A stretch of 64,000 nucleotides of DNA, taken from positions 11,532,001 through 11,596,000 of the forward strand of contig NC_045138.2 in assembly GCF_008831285.2 (NCBI RefSeq). The letters are read 5' to 3'. The translations under genes and the position numbers were made by a program. This document shows, piece after piece, positions 10,835-25,600 of the stretch. The notes under the pieces are model-generated. The model was not told where the DNA came from. It did not search any database and was given only the letters and a program-made list of their open reading frames with translations. Within the stretch, counting starts at the first letter, position 1; every line of letters begins with the position of its first letter. The DNA comes from Nymphaea colorata (taxonomy: Eukaryota).

Positions 10835-13800
10835 TTGTGCATGGTTTTGCACCATGTACAACTTGCCTTTTAGAAACTAGAATCGTTCTTTTGTTAATCC
10901 TTTTGTAAATAAGTCTGCAACTTGTTCATTTGTATGAACATAAATAGGCTGAATCTCCTTGTCTTCCACCTTTTGTCTAACAAAGTGTTGATCAATCTCA
11001 ATGGGCTTTGTTCGACCATGTTGTATGAGATTAAAGGCAATGTTAATAGCTGCTTTGATTATCGCACATTAACATTGACGTTTTAATCTTTTCTCCAATG
11101 TCTTCTAGTAAGTGTCTAACCCATGTAACTTCAGCAGTACCTGCTGCATCTGTATTCAGCTTCAGTGCTAGATCTTGCTACTGCCTTTTGCTTTCGACAA
11201 CTCCAAGACACAAGATTATGTGCAATGAAAATACAAAAACCAGAAATGGACTTTCTTTGATCAGGATCTCCAGCCCAATCTGCATCTATGAATGACATAA
11301 GTTGATGTCCAGTAGTTATATTTTCACTCTTACCATAAACTAAGCCATCTCCTGTTGTCCCTTTAAGATATCTTAATATTCTTTTGACAGCATCCATGTG
11401 AGTATCTCTAGGTGCATGCATAAATTGAGATACTTGATTCACAACATATGTAATATCTGGTCTAGTAAATGTAAAATATTGAAGTGCCCCAACAATACTT
11501 CGATATTGCATAAGATCTTCATATAACTCCCCATCCCGAGCACTTAGTCTTTGATTTAGAACACTAGGAGTTTCAACAGGCTTACAATCAGACATACCTA
11601 ACTTTTCCAGCAGATCCAACGTGTATTTCTGTTGTGTCAATGTGAGGCGATTATTGTGTCTATCAATCTCCACTCCAAGAAAGAATCGTAAATCACCAAG
11701 CTCTTTCATTTTGAAGTTTTGCATCATCAAAACTTTAGCTTCTTCTATGTGTTTTTCTGAATTGCCTGTGATAACAATATCATCAACATATATAAGAAGT
11801 AAAGTAAATATGTTTTCCTTTCGATAAATGAAAAGAGAGTGATCTAGAGGACATCTCCGAAAACCACATTCTTAAATCTTGCAAGAGAAACTGTCAAACC
11901 ACGAACGTGAGGCCTATTTAAGTCCATAAATAGATTTTCTTAGTTTGCAAACTCATGCATGAGAGTCTCCTTTCGTGTATCCTGGAGGTTGTTCCATATA
12001 TACTTCCTCCCTTAAATCACCATAAAGAAAAGCATTCTTCACGTCTATTTGATGTAGTCTCTATTCATATTTAACTGCCAATGATATAATCACGCGAATT
12101 GTTCTCATTTTGATCACAGAGCTGAATGTCTCATCATAATCTTCTCCATATTGTTGTGTAAACCCTTGTACTACTAACCTTGCTTTGTGTCTTTCTATGT
12201 TGCCGTCAGGTTTGTATTTAATTTTGTATACCCATTTGGAGCCCACTACGTTCTTTTCGTGTGGCCTCGGAACGATCTCTCATGTTCCACATTCATGCAA
12301 GGCATCCATTTCTTCTTTCATAGCCTTTCTCCAATGATGTGATTTTGATGCTTGATCAAATGAAGTAGGTTTTTCTCCTTGCCAACTTTTTCCATGAATA
12401 ACTGAAAATCAAGTGATAAAGAATCACAGCTAACCCATCTGTGAATGGGATGACGAATGCGTTGGGATCTTCTAAGGTGGGGCATGTTGTCTTCTTCATT
12501 GTGAGCATCTCTGTCCCTTAGTCGTCGACTGTAGATAAGACCCGAATACCGATGTGCATTGTTGCTCTGTTCTTCATTATTGCTTTCGTGATGACTTGAT
12601 GACTGTGTTAGATCTTCTTGATTTTCACTTTGAGCCATATCTGACGGTTGTATTGCTCTCTTTGGATCTTCATTTTGAGGCACATCATTTTCTATAAGAG
12701 GATCTACATTGAATAACTATGTACTAGTCCAGGGATCATAAGATTCAATGGTCATAGACATTTCATTTGTATCATCAAAACTATGTTCATCAAAAATAAC
12801 ATTTCTTGAAGTTTTGATACGTTTAGTTGTTGGATCATAGCATTGAAAACCTTTATATTCATCAGCATATCCAACGAATCTACATTGAATAGCTTTGTCT
12901 TGAAACTTGTTCTTCAAGGCAGCATCAACGTGAACATAGCATACACAACCAAAAACCTTCAAGTTCTTGTAATCAGGTTGTTTGCCTAAGAGTGTAAAAT
13001 ATGGCAATTTAGATATCAAGAGTGTCATAGGCAAACAATTTATTATGTATACAGCAGTATGGAATGCTTCAGTCCACAAGGAAATGGGCACATTAGTATC
13101 ATGCATCATGCTCATGGCGCTTTCAACTATATGTCAATGTTTCCGCTCAACTACACCGTTTTGTTGTGGTGTGTAAGGGCATGAGATTTGTCTAGTTATC
13201 CCTTTTTCACGTAGAAATTCAATAAAATCAAGCGAGGAATATTCTCCCCCTCCATCACATTGAAAATGCACCACATTGGATGGAAATTTGGTTTGAATCA
13301 TGGCATAGAAGTTTCGAAATATGTGGAGTACTTCTGATTTGTGTTTCATGAAGTAAATCTAGGTGAAACGTGAGTAAGAGTCAATGAATAAGACATAATA
13401 TCTTGACCCAGACTTGGAATCAATAGGGGTTGGCCCCCATACATCAGAAAAAATAGTTTCAAAAGGTTTAGAAGTCCTTTGATTTATATTATGGAAAGGT
13501 AAAACATGACTCTTACAAAGTCCACAACTTGAACATTTTTTGACACTTGAAGTAAGAGGTAAGCTTGAACTTGGAATAAGACTATCTGTGACAAGTTTTT
13601 CAATGAAATGTCGACCAGTGTCCTAGCCGACTATGCCACAGATCAGACTCCAAAAATTGGTTAGGGCCCCTTACTTTTGATTGAAAATGGCAAGAACTTT
13701 GGCACTGATGACGCATTATGAGAAAGAGAAAATGTCTTCAATCCTATATCAAAAGTAGATGAATCCTTGGGTAGACATTCCTTAAGGACGTACATATTCC

Positions 13801-15123
13801 CTTGACGCTCCCCTCTAGCGAACATTTTCTTCGTTTGGAGGTCCTTGACATTGACAGAAGAATGTGTAAATTCAACAGAAGAGCTTGTATCATCAATGAG
13901 TTTAGAAATGGATATGATGTTCTTTTTTATATTGAGAGCAAGAACAACATTAGACAGTGATAGAGACGAGGATGACAATAGAATATGTGCATTTTCAATA
14001 TAATAGGATGAGATTTTCCATCACCTATTATAATGCAACTTCTACCGTAATGAGGGGATAAGTTAGTCAATTTACCTGCATTTCCTGTCACATGGGTAGC
14101 TGCACTTGAATCCAAGAACCATTCTCCCTGCTCATTTTGTTTTATAGTCATCTTTGAGAATGCGGTCATCAATAGCTGTTGCATATCTTTAGCGGTGGAT
14201 TTAGAACTTTGTCCTCCTTGTTTATAATCATGTCTTACCCCTTTGTTTTTATTTTGAGGATTAAACCAGCACTGTGCCTTTATGTGCCCTTTCTTGTTGC
14301 ACTGAAAACAAATTGGTATTTTTCTTGAAGTATCCAAAAGAGACATACCTTGGTTATGTGGTGTTGGTAGAATGCCACGACCACCATGGTTGGAGTTCTG
14401 GCTCTTACCAAACTTTACATTTATAGCCAACACATTTTGGGAGTTCCCTTGATCAGTCCTTTCAATGACTCTTTTCATATTCATTTCATGTTGGAGAAGT
14501 TTACCTTGTAGTTCGTTGAAGGAAGGCAGAACAGGAAGGACCTCAAGAGCTGTAATAAAAGCATGATAATCATGCCCAAGTCCATTCAAGGTTTGCTGCA
14601 GCTTTTCCTTATCAGAATTGTTATTCCATGAGGCAGCAAGTTGGTCTGCGACGGCCTTAATATGCCCCAAATAATCCATGATAGACATTGAACCTTTGCT
14701 CAAATTTTGAAATTCTTTCTTTAAGTACATAATTCGAGCTTCTGATATTTGGGAAAATGTATCAGCAAGGGTTTCCCATAATTCTTCTGCAGTACAATCA
14801 TCAGAAACTGAAAGTAACACTTGTTGAGATAAAGTGGACAAAATATACGCAACCAGACTTTGGTCATGTCTCATCCACGCAGCATGTTCAGGGTTGCTGT
14901 CTTCACGAACAACAATAACTTCTCCTGCCTCATTTTTTATTTCCTGCAAAACGGATATTGATGGAGCCTTTGTTGAACCATCGAGATGTCCAAAGAGGCC
15001 TTGACTTCTTATGAAAGACATGATTTGCCTTTTCCAGATTAGATAATTCTCATGGTTGAGTTTTTCGGTAATAATGTGAGGAAGAAAACTTGAGGACATG
15101 CCAGAATGCGAAAGGTTTTCCAT
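10835..15123 (-). pseudogene. copia-2 gag-pol, with multiple frameshifts and stops
   Basis: Gag EKLNHENYLIWKRQI and zinc knuckle CFQCNKKGHIKAQC, protease WFLDSSAATHVT (ORF 13927-15222); integrase QCDGGGEY/TPQQNGVVERKH (13134-13349); RT KWVYKIKYKPDG..RHKARLVVQGF (12061-12246); RT/RH LGDLRFFLG, DADWAGD, SSTEAEYR (11131-11730). Confidence 0.93.
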
Positions 15124-15344
15124 GACAGCAGAAAGGAAGCGTATATAGGTAGAAGATGAGAGGGAAAGAAGACACGATATAACAAGATATGTCCTTAGGT
15201 AAGCAGGAAGAAAAAGGAACAAGAATTACGCAAGAGAAAAGTAAATTCAGGATAGAAACAAGATGAGAAAAGAGTTCTAACCAGATCAGACCTGTTTGGG
15301 CATTTCGTTTGGTAGAGATAACGTAACCTGGCGCTCTGATACCA

Positions 15345-15401
15345 TGATAGAAATCTAGCACCAATATCTGTAACCAGAAAACAGTACTCATGCAGGAAGA
15401 T

Positions 15402-15442
<41 letters not shown>

Positions 15443-15750
15443 ACAAGAAGAAGCTGAGGGAAGAAGCCGTAACCAAAATGGTTTGCACGGCCTCTATTTA
15501 TAATCTCATTTCCAGAATTATCAAAGTCTCCAATCGTAGAATCCTAGGAGATTTCACAAGCTCCAAGGACATTAATTGCATCATAGAAACCTAAGAGACT
15601 TCACATATTACAAGGATATTAACTACAACATAGAATCCTAAGAGACTTCATATATTACAAGGATATTAAATATCTTAACACATTCTATAAGGAGGTGGAA
15701 TCCTAAGAGACTCCTCTTCAACGTGCTAGTGAAAGATTTATATTTTAACA
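15345..15750 (-). repeat. copia-2 5' LTR
   Basis: 406 bp, adjacent to the PBS; contains a minus-strand TATAAATAG box. Confidence 0.95.
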
Positions 15751-15949
15751 TAGGTTTCATCGCAACCTTAGCCTATCTTTTTCCCCTTCCATTAGATCAG
15801 TTCATCCGTCATATATAGCTTTCTATTAATAGTCAATATTTTGGGGCTTCATCACAATTTAAGTCATTCTTCACTTAAAAAAAAGGAACAAATCAATCCT
15901 TCATCTTCATCCCATGAAGTAGACTCATCTTCTTCATCTGCTCTACAGT

Positions 15950-17040
15950 GCCAACATTTTTCATAAATTTTTTCTTTTAAATCTGAAGATAACTCATGCT
16001 TTATGTTTTCTTCTTCTGAATGGATTCATATGGTCAACAAGATTGAATTTGCATTTATGTTGTTTATTTCTACAATCGTGCTTTGCATATGCTTATCCAT
16101 TCTAAGGAATACCAAATCAGTTAATAGGGATAGTAAAAGATTGTTTCTCTTCTTAGTAGCTGAAGCAGTGCATCGCTATTTTAAAATTTTGATTGATACA
16201 TTTTGAAGCATAAGAACATCATATTCAAATATCTCCTACCAAATAATTAATATAAATTAATGAAACAATCAAACAAAATTGGCAATTATATAGTTGTAAC
16301 TGTGTAATTAAAATATTTAACCAATCGTCAAAATTTAACGAAAGTGAAACACTTTAGTGGATAAGAAGTGTCAATAACGCTCATAGCTAACCCATCATGA
16401 AATAAAGTAGGATCTTTGTTATGATATTTGATCAATTCAAGATCCATTGTTGTGTAATACGCATAAGCAAACACTTGTTTTGTTATTAAGTCCAAACCTT
16501 CTTAAACTTCTTCATGCATCTTTACCATATTATTCCAAAACCAATGAGGATTAAGATAAGCTACTGTAGCATATATGGGACTATGCAAATTACACTTCTA
16601 TTTCTTATCAATTATATTCTAATATGGCATATATTATTATTTCATATCGTTACTTGCATTCTTGATAGCTTTTTTAACTTTACTAAGTGCTTCATGTAAA
16701 TAACATGTAGTGGCCTCTTCCCCATATACCATCTTCAGCGCTCTCGCTAATGGTTCAACAAACCTCATTATTCCCTTTTGACAAAAATCTTCATTTTGAA
16801 TGAGACTTGTAAGTTTCACAAAATTTTTTCAATTTTTTATACATGTCTCTATTTATTGGAGGTACCCATAAGCTTTAGACCCTCTTCTTTGTTTAATATA
16901 GAACCCAAACAAATAAATCGAGAGGCAAATCAAGTCACACCAGGCCTCCTCAACTTCTTTCCCTTTGTATAAGTTTTCATTATGTCTAAAGTTTGTTAAG
17001 TATTATATATAAACTTTACAATTTGTGCTGTTTTTCTAAT
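15950..17040 (-). pseudogene. hAT transposase remnant (DUF659/dimerisation-domain type)
   Basis: Fragments resembling RPGVTRFAT (..GVT*FASRFICLGSI), then EPLARALKMVYGEEATTCYLHEALSKVK (cf. PLVxVLRLVDGDExPxMGYxYEAMxxAK) and TKKRNNL..LTDLVF (cf. hAT C-terminal HTKKRNRL...LNDLVFV). Many stops. Confidence 0.75.
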
Positions 17041-19672
17041 GATATTCCTTTTTTTTTAAAAAATGTTGTGTTCTTTTGGGCATTCAATTTCTTGCATTTT
17101 TTCGTACTTTTGTTGAAAATAATGTGTTTTTTGTGACTATGGTCCAGAGGCCGATTGAGATCAAGATCTAATTACTTTCATACCAAAATCAGCTTTTGAA
17201 GCAACACTATAGGGCCATCTCCACTTTGATATATGTGTACATATGGATATTCAACCTTTGGTGTTAGCGTTTAATGAAGAAAGGGATAGAAAAAATAGTA
17301 AAAGTGTTTCCTTTTCTGCAGAACGAAGGGTTTGGTTACTCAACAAGTTGGTGTTTGGTTTTCTTGATTGTGTTATCCTAATAAAGTTACGTTTTTTCTA
17401 AAATTAGTTTTATTGCATATGGAACATCTGAATTTGCATAATTATTGATTAGACAAGCATGGAACTTGTTGTTTTACTTGTTTAATAAACACATTTCTTT
17501 AGTCATTACCGCATTAATTATATTGGAACTTGTTGGTGTTTTTAATGCTCCTTGAAGAGTTCATCTAATGGGCCTCAGATTGGTGGTTTCTTGATGTTTA
17601 GGATTCTTACCATCCATGCTGCATATGTTTAGGATTCATGATGTTTAGCAGTTGACTGCCAAAAGAAATAAAACATCTTCACTTCTTGTAGAGTTCCAAT
17701 TATTATGTTTTAATGTAAAGGAGCATTCCTTTGTCTTTTGCTATAGCTAGTTAACAAATTTCTTGATATTTAACAATGTATGTCATACCTCACTGGAAAA
17801 AAGTCTGCTTTGTTCTGAAATAGAAACGTATTTTTCACTTGACTAGAAAATTTTGATGATTTGTGCTTCACTTTATGGTAGTTAAAACCTATCTCTCAGT
17901 TTGCTTGAGATCCATTACTGAAAGTAACAACACAAGTGAAAATCAACACAAGGGATCCTAAAAACCTGTGAAAGTCTTGCAGCGTGATCTTTGTTTTTTG
18001 GTATTTATCCACTTGTCATAAACCAACTGGTCTTTTTATTGTTTTTCACGAGTGCATGCTAGCTTATCAGAAAAATCCTTCAAGATATGATGGTCGGTAG
18101 TCATGATGTGATCTTACTGTTTCGTTTTACTTTGGTGCTACTTTGGTGTGCATATGAATTGTGTCAATTCGAATGATTGCCAATATTCAACTAGGCATTG
18201 CCAATTTAAATTATTCTAAAAGTTGTGTCATTTGTTTTCTGTTTTCAATTCAAGCTGATGGATGTAAGAGGGCTCACCATTTTCCATGTTAAGAGCCATT
18301 TGCAGGTCTTGCTTCTATCTTCTATCCCACGTTTGTGACTAGCTAATTATCTTTTATGATGGTACTGTTGTGTTAAGATATTTAATTTTAATAATTGCTT
18401 GACATCAAAACAGAAGCATGAAGACTGACTTCAATAGACAAGGTATTCATGGAGTTATTAACAATTGAAAAGAGTTCCTGAACAGTCTTTTCTGCTATCG
18501 AAATCTACCCCACAGATGCCAGGACAGCACATCACAATGTTGGAGATGATCGGGGCGCTAGTGGCCGTTGTGTTGTTAATGAGTATCACATCATCTCTCG
18601 TCTTGTGTTGTCTTGCTAATGATGATTTTTGTGTAACTTTTTAAAATTTTCTGTAATTACAAGTTTTTTCGTAATTTTTCACATTTAGAATATAATTAGA
18701 AGATTATTGGGTCAAGTGCAAAGCTATTGCAGGGACGACAGTTGTATGAAATTAGACTGTATATGTAAAAAGTAAGTTGGCGAAGAAATTGAAAAGCACA
18801 TTACTGGCACTAAGGAAGCCAGTGAGAGAATTTGATCCAAAAAGGGTTGACCAACGCCACATTTGCGCTATTGATGCATGAAGTGTGGTCCTCAGCAGCC
18901 ACATTGATTAACGCTGAAAAAGCACTAGTGCTGTTATCCATTAGCGTAAGCAAATCTAGCGCTACTAATAACTTTAGTTAGTAGCGGTGTGTACAAACCC
19001 CAGCACTGACGCGTCTTGTAGCGCTAAGATAACGCCAATGAAGTTGCTCAGCAGCACCACCGCACCAGAGATGCATCCAAACAAGTGTATCATTCTTTTA
19101 GGTTCTAGGATGGAGAAGAAGACTCAATTCTTCCCAGACCTCAACCCCCTGAAGAAGATCAGTAAGGGACATTGATGCTTGGCCTGTGAAACTGAAGAGA
19201 TACAGAAACCTACAATTATACCCGAGAAATTTCATTGCAGTGCAAATAAGGAGGGAAAAGGCAAGGATTAAAATCCAAATTTTGAGCACAGTGTTTGCTT
19301 TTCCTATAGAAGAAAAAACATAAATTGAAGAAAGCAACATATTTCGCAAGTCTATTGTCGAGATATAACAGTCTTATGCACACAGAGCACCAAAACCGCC
19401 AAAGCGGTAGCGAGTACATTCTTCGTCAAGGATGGGAATGACCTCCACTGGTAAAAGAGGAAAAAAAAAAAAAAAGGACCTACTGTGTTCCCTTGGCTTT
19501 ATTCGGTGACAAGAACGTCATTGAGAAGGAAATATCGATGCACAACCCCGCACACTCTATGAAAGCTCTTTCATGTCACCAATTGATTGAGAGCTCGGGC
19601 AGACTTCGGCAGCATCCCCCAACAGAGAAACAAAGCAGAGAGAGAGAGAGGAATGATGCTTGTGAAACCCAG

Positions 19673-22600
19673 CTACTGCCGAACAGAGGGTGGATCTTCC
19701 ATTCTGAATGAGAACTCACCAGCAGCGTCTTTACTTAGTCTCGTGCCACCCTGTTCGCTACTTGCTACCTGAGCAACATCAGAGCGTCCAGGCAACGCTG
19801 GCGACTTGGTGGGAGCCTTTGCTGCTGCTGTTGGTGGAATTGATGGTTGTTTTGCATTGGGGCCTGGTCGGCCGACGCTCACTCGATCCCAGAGGAACAC
19901 ATGCATAAGGATTGGTTTCAGTGCATGGCGGTGCAGCGACAGTTTGTGGCTGAGAGAGACTGTGTCGAAACACCTAAGAGCTCCATCCGAGGAAACCATC
20001 CATGGTAGAACCTTCTCGTTGGAGACCCTTGATACTATAAGCAGCTTTGATGCTTCTGTTGCCGATTTGTACAAAGCGTTCAGTCCCGACCTTTGCGACG
20101 CTGACTCATGGTCTCCATCGCCATCCGTTACTGAAGATATGTAGATGAAACCCTGATGCACAACACTGCTATCGTCAGTCTTGTGAGACCACGAATGCAG
20201 ACTGCAGAGATCTGTTTACGCTAAAAGTCTAGTCTCACATTATAATCTATCTTCCCTCACGCACGAGAACACATAATAATTTACATGATTCAATTTGTTC
20301 CTATGTTTGACAAAATTGGAACCAATTCTCTCTCGATTCTCGAAGATGCATGTAATCAAAAATAGACATGGACTTACCTCTTCTGTTCGACTGATGGAAA
20401 AACCCAGTCTTGAATCTTCATCTTTCAGCTCAACCTCTACGGGGAACTCACCGGCGATGGGCGCGTACCACAGTCGGACGGATCTAACGACACCAATGTC
20501 CACGCCGTGGTAGTCTTCGAAACCATAAACCCCTGCAGTCGTTACGTTTGAGAGCTCAGACAGGGAACCGGCATTCACGGACGAAGAAGCACAGTCGCCT
20601 GAAATCTGCCAACACACATTGAGGCAACCCACATTTAGTTTTAAAAGACAAATCACTAAGAGAACATTTGGGAATAGGAATACTGTGCTAAAGTTCCATG
20701 AATTTCTCTAGCTAAGTTTATGATTCTGCCTAATCCTGGAGTCATATTGATAAAATACTGATTGAATCTATCTAGTTAAATATTTCATGAATCTGCCTAA
20801 ATCCTCCAAACATATCCGTGAAATACCGATGCAGTGTTTCCTAACAAATTCCACCCTGGCAATGCTCGACTGCTTAGGTCAAGCAACCTATGGAATTCTC
20901 CAGGTATGGTTATATAACAAAGTTGGTTGTGTACGTTGTGTTGGGCAAGAAATTTTCTAGACTCACAAAAGCATTTTTTTCCATAATTTCAAAAATATCC
21001 TATTCTTTCATTTGGCTTGTGTTTGTGTATGTTGAGTGCACTGAGCAGTGCAGCAACTCTGTCTAGTTATGCGCATACCTCAATGCACAAAAAGAAATGT
21101 TGTACATGAGTATGTAATGAAACACCTTAATTGAATAAAAGGAAGCTCTTTTACAAAACAAAAAAATATATGAAAATTTAAAAGTTTAAAAAATATAATT
21201 TTTCTAAGAATTCCTAAAATACTCCAACCACCTTCTTTTTTTCCTTCCGTGACCATCTGACGCGCACAACTCGACGTGGTATGTGTGTTGATGAGCATGT
21301 GTAAGTGTAGCTGGCTGTATGTTTGCGCCCATATATTAGAGTGCTAAAAGTGTATAACAAAGCCCTCAACGAAATAAAGAGCATAACCCAACCCCCTCCA
21401 ACCGCACCCCCCTCCCCAAAAAAAAAAAAGAAAAACACATTAATCCATATGTTCGGGTGCTAGAAAATTATAACCAAGTCCTCGACAAAATAAAGAGCAG
21501 AAACGAATTAGTGGTGTTGGGACTCGACAAACACATCGCATTTAAGTTGTGTTTTAGGCTTTTAGCTGAAGTGGATATGTAGCGCGTGATGAAGGCACCC
21601 AGAAGAAACAAAATTCGTCACCATCAAGAAGAAGACGTCTCGGATGAACAAAAGCTGAAGCTGTAGGGGAAGGACACCACACCTTGGTTAGGATGGGCTC
21701 GGTTTGCACATTCATGAAGGCGATGGGTACACCGGAGGCCTGGGCGGCGACGAGCCAGGCGTTGGCCCTGGCGAGGGTGTCGTTGAGATCGTTGTATTGG
21801 GAGGAGGTGTTGTCGGGGGCACAGGGGAGAACGAGCATGGAGAGGAAGCAGCTGGAGTTGGGGATGGGCAGGAACTCCCTCATCATCTTCTCCCATGGGT
21901 AGGACACGTACCCGTCCTTCAGTTGAGCGCTGTAGAGTGCGCTCACCACTCTTGAGCTTTTCGTGCCTGCGTATGCATATGTAGGTCAGTTTACAACCAG
22001 AAACACAATATGCTACAAGAGAGCAGATGCACTGAATGGTAAGCATCAGAACGCCGGTCGAGCACATAAAAGTTCCAAAGTTCCCTCTTAATTGCTCCTA
22101 ATTTCTACCCTCGCTTAAACCAGCAGCAGGTCTCCACATATTTCTTCTATATCGATCCATACCTTTTTACGGGACCAAGTGGCTTCCAGAGGTCGTTTTG
22201 ATGGTCACGAACAGAACAAGCAGAACAGGTAAAACAAACAATGTTGAACAGAACAAACAGAATGGATAGAATAGAAATCAAACGTCAGACAATATAGACA
22301 GAACAGATAACAAAGAAAACCAACATAAGATAGGATGACATGGTGTTATGTTCTTTAAACCATTAAATAGTGGACATAGAATGCCATTGAGAGGATGGAC
22401 CGGACTGGACATTCTGTTTCTTCTTTTAGGAAGAATAATTGTTAAACGACCACTGGCTCTCCAATAAATAACAGCAAAAATCTGGTCCCCACCAAGTGTT
22501 TTGGGACCCAACAAATACGCTGGTGCACTATGGAAAACGAAAGCCACTCGAACACTCTTTCAAGCACGGATAGCATCCTCGTTTGACATTTTAAGCTCCA

Positions 22601-25600
22601 TACGAGAGTTGCTGAAACACATTGCCACGGCCATATATATAAGATGAGAGCAGAATGACTGGGGATATTTGGTGGCTGTTCATGTGAAGATGCTTGGCGC
22701 ATACTGGCTCCGGCGGCAGCCTACCAATAGTTAACTATTTACGGGGGAAAATTTTCCAAGGTGGCTACAGGTTGGCGCCTTCAACAGTCCGGCACAGATG
22801 CACGAAGATTCATCTGTCATCCTCTTGTCCAATAAAAACGGAAATTATTTTATTAATGATGATGTTTAATTAGTTCACGTTTTATATTTGTGACTTTGGT
22901 ATTTGTTGATGTGGCAAAAAAATCATATCGAATCTATAATTTATCAAATGAAGAATTTTATTCAAACCTAAGATTTACCTTGAAACCCATTTTACTTTTT
23001 ACATTGGCAAAAAAATCTAATCTAAAATCAAAGACAGAGGGTCTGGTCTCAAATCCTATGGGTGGTTTGATGATGGGAACAGTAACAAACTGTTCCAGGA
23101 ATCAGCCCCAAAGGTTAGGGCAAATTTTAAGGACACCATGTGACGTGAATCTATCCCCATATCTGGGAGACTGATGCAAGTATTGAAGCAAATTCATGAA
23201 ACAGCTTGCTATTGTTCTTATTACCAAACAACCCTTGGGGGTTTTAAACCTAAGGTAATTAAACACCATTAATCGATTACATATATTCATTTTTCCCAAA
23301 ACTAGCAAATACTTTATGAACTTGTTCTAATTATGTATTCCAGATTAGTCTCTCAAGTCAAAAATTAAACAAGAAACTGTTGTCTTTTTATGATAAAATG
23401 TAACAAGGTACTGTTGAGAAAATAGAAAGATTTGACGTATTAAACAGAGTGACGCACAAGCACTTTTTCTAAACGAAGTAAAGTTGCCTAGCTGATGTTA
23501 ACTTGCCATAAGTCGTCAACTACTGCAATTAAACTAATTGCGCTGGCTAGAGGACCAGGTGCCATCGTGGGGAAAGTGATTTTGTCAACCACAATGTAGG
23601 ACTAAATTTACCAACTATCTGTGGATCAGGATGAATTTGAAAAAGCCAAAATAAAAGAAAATCTTAAATAAAAACCCTTGGACAGCACATAATTGGACCA
23701 ATGTAACACGTTACGCAAGATCTCATGATAAACTAATTTTTCAGTTTCCCTTGAAAAATCGCTGATAAAACAAGGGGCCTATAAATGATTTGGAACACAT
23801 AAAATATGATGGAAAATATGGATATTATCAGATGAAATACAAGTCACAGTCAGCATTACGGAAGGTTAATTCGTATTATCATAAGAAACTACTTTTAGTA
23901 ATCCTTTTTCCCAAAAAATGACTTCATGAATAGGTTTGGGGTTCATGTTTAGTCCAATCTTACCTTCTAAATAAGCATTTATGTTTTTTCTCATTCCAGT
24001 ATAAACACTGCAACTACCGGTTAAAATTTTATCATGCATTTTCAGGAGAACCCTTGAGGTCTTCTTCTCTTACCAGCTAACTTACTTGAACCTGATGTCA
24101 CTAGTTAGAACCTGTTGGTGTTTGTTACTATTGCACTTGCATGAGACAAAAAGTACTAGACTCAGTTTTATGCTGTTGGGTGAGTGAAAAAGTCTTGCAA
24201 AATGCAAGTGTGGTTTTTCTGAGAGAAAAACTAATATACATAATCCAAACCCTTTACATCTGAATTTTAGAACTTAGACCAATCATATCTATTTAAATTT
24301 TTTAAAAAATTAGATCCATCACTGAACCAGAATCCTAATTCAGTTAGGTCTTATTTGGTTAGTTCAGAGTCGGCAAAGCTTGGCTAGCCCCGACTATAGC
24401 CCTTCCTTCCCCAGCTAACTGACAACTTCAACCGTAAGATGATTTTCGCAACCTTGACATGGAAGTAAACACAACTTTCATGAGAACGGAAAATGACCAG
24501 CATGATTTGACTTGCTCAAGGAGTTGCAGTCAAGCCTAACAACCCCAAGCAGATTTGCCTAAAAATTTCTTATTTTTAGATTCTGGATACATACATACAC
24601 ACACACATCGGTTTTATTTTTCATGTAATCGGCCTACCACAACTGACTCCAGTGCTGGTTCATATCGTTAATATATATATATAAATAAATATATATATAT
24701 ATATAAATAAATATATATTATATATTTATTTATATATATATATAAATAAATATATAATATATATATATATATATATTATATATTTATTTATATATATATA
24801 TATATTAACGATATGAACCAGCACTGGAGTCAGTTGTGGTAGGCCGATTACATGAAAAATAAAACCGATATTGGGAACTAAAGATTACTGATTAGTTGAA
24901 GATAATATCTTCAATGGAGTCATAAATTGAATTATCAAGCAGAAAGAAAGAAGAAAGCCAAAAGCAAACGGTGGGGAGCGGCAAGGACGTGAACGGCACG
25001 AAGCATCTCACTGGGCAGAACCTAATGCTGAAAAGGATGCTCCCGCGAAGTAAACGAAATTTAATCCGAGGTAAGTTTTGGATTTATCTCTAAGGATTAA
25101 TTCCATCGACCATATAGGTCACATGGCATATGTGTAGGGCTGTATGCGAGATGAGTTGAGCTTGACTTCGAGCGTGAGTGGAGCTGTACAAATTTCGTTG
25201 AGCTTAACTCGATAAATCGAGTTTTGGCTAGAGCTAAACTTGTTTAAGTTTGTTTATCAACTCCTTGTTTGACTTGATCGCTTTTTTTGTTTTTAAACTT
25301 AAAAATTACAAAAAAAAAAAACTATATTAGATGGACATACACGAGTTTAATCGATTCAAGTTCATGTGATTCGAATTCAACTGATTTTTAAGCTGAGCTT
25401 TCGGTTAAGCTCAAGCCCGACTCGCTTACAAATAGGTTGAGCTTAACCGAACGGGTTTAAGTCGAGCTTGAGTTTGCTCGAGTCATTAAGTCTAAATCAT
25501 CTTCGTATCGCCAAAAATTGTAGGCATTCAAGGAGCCACATGGTATACCATACGGTAATGAAAAAGGAAGGGAAAGCAGGAAGGGGAGGGAAGAAAGAGA

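Larger units (their letters stand above)
10415..15750 (-). mobile_element. Ty1/copia LTR retrotransposon (copia-2), full-length structure, disabled
   Basis: LTRs 10415-10822 and 15345-15750 (TG...CA); TSD TAGGT at 10410-10414 and 15751-15755; PBS on minus strand 15333-15344; PPT on minus strand 10823-10832; gag-PR-INT-RT-RH order on the minus strand. Confidence 0.97.
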
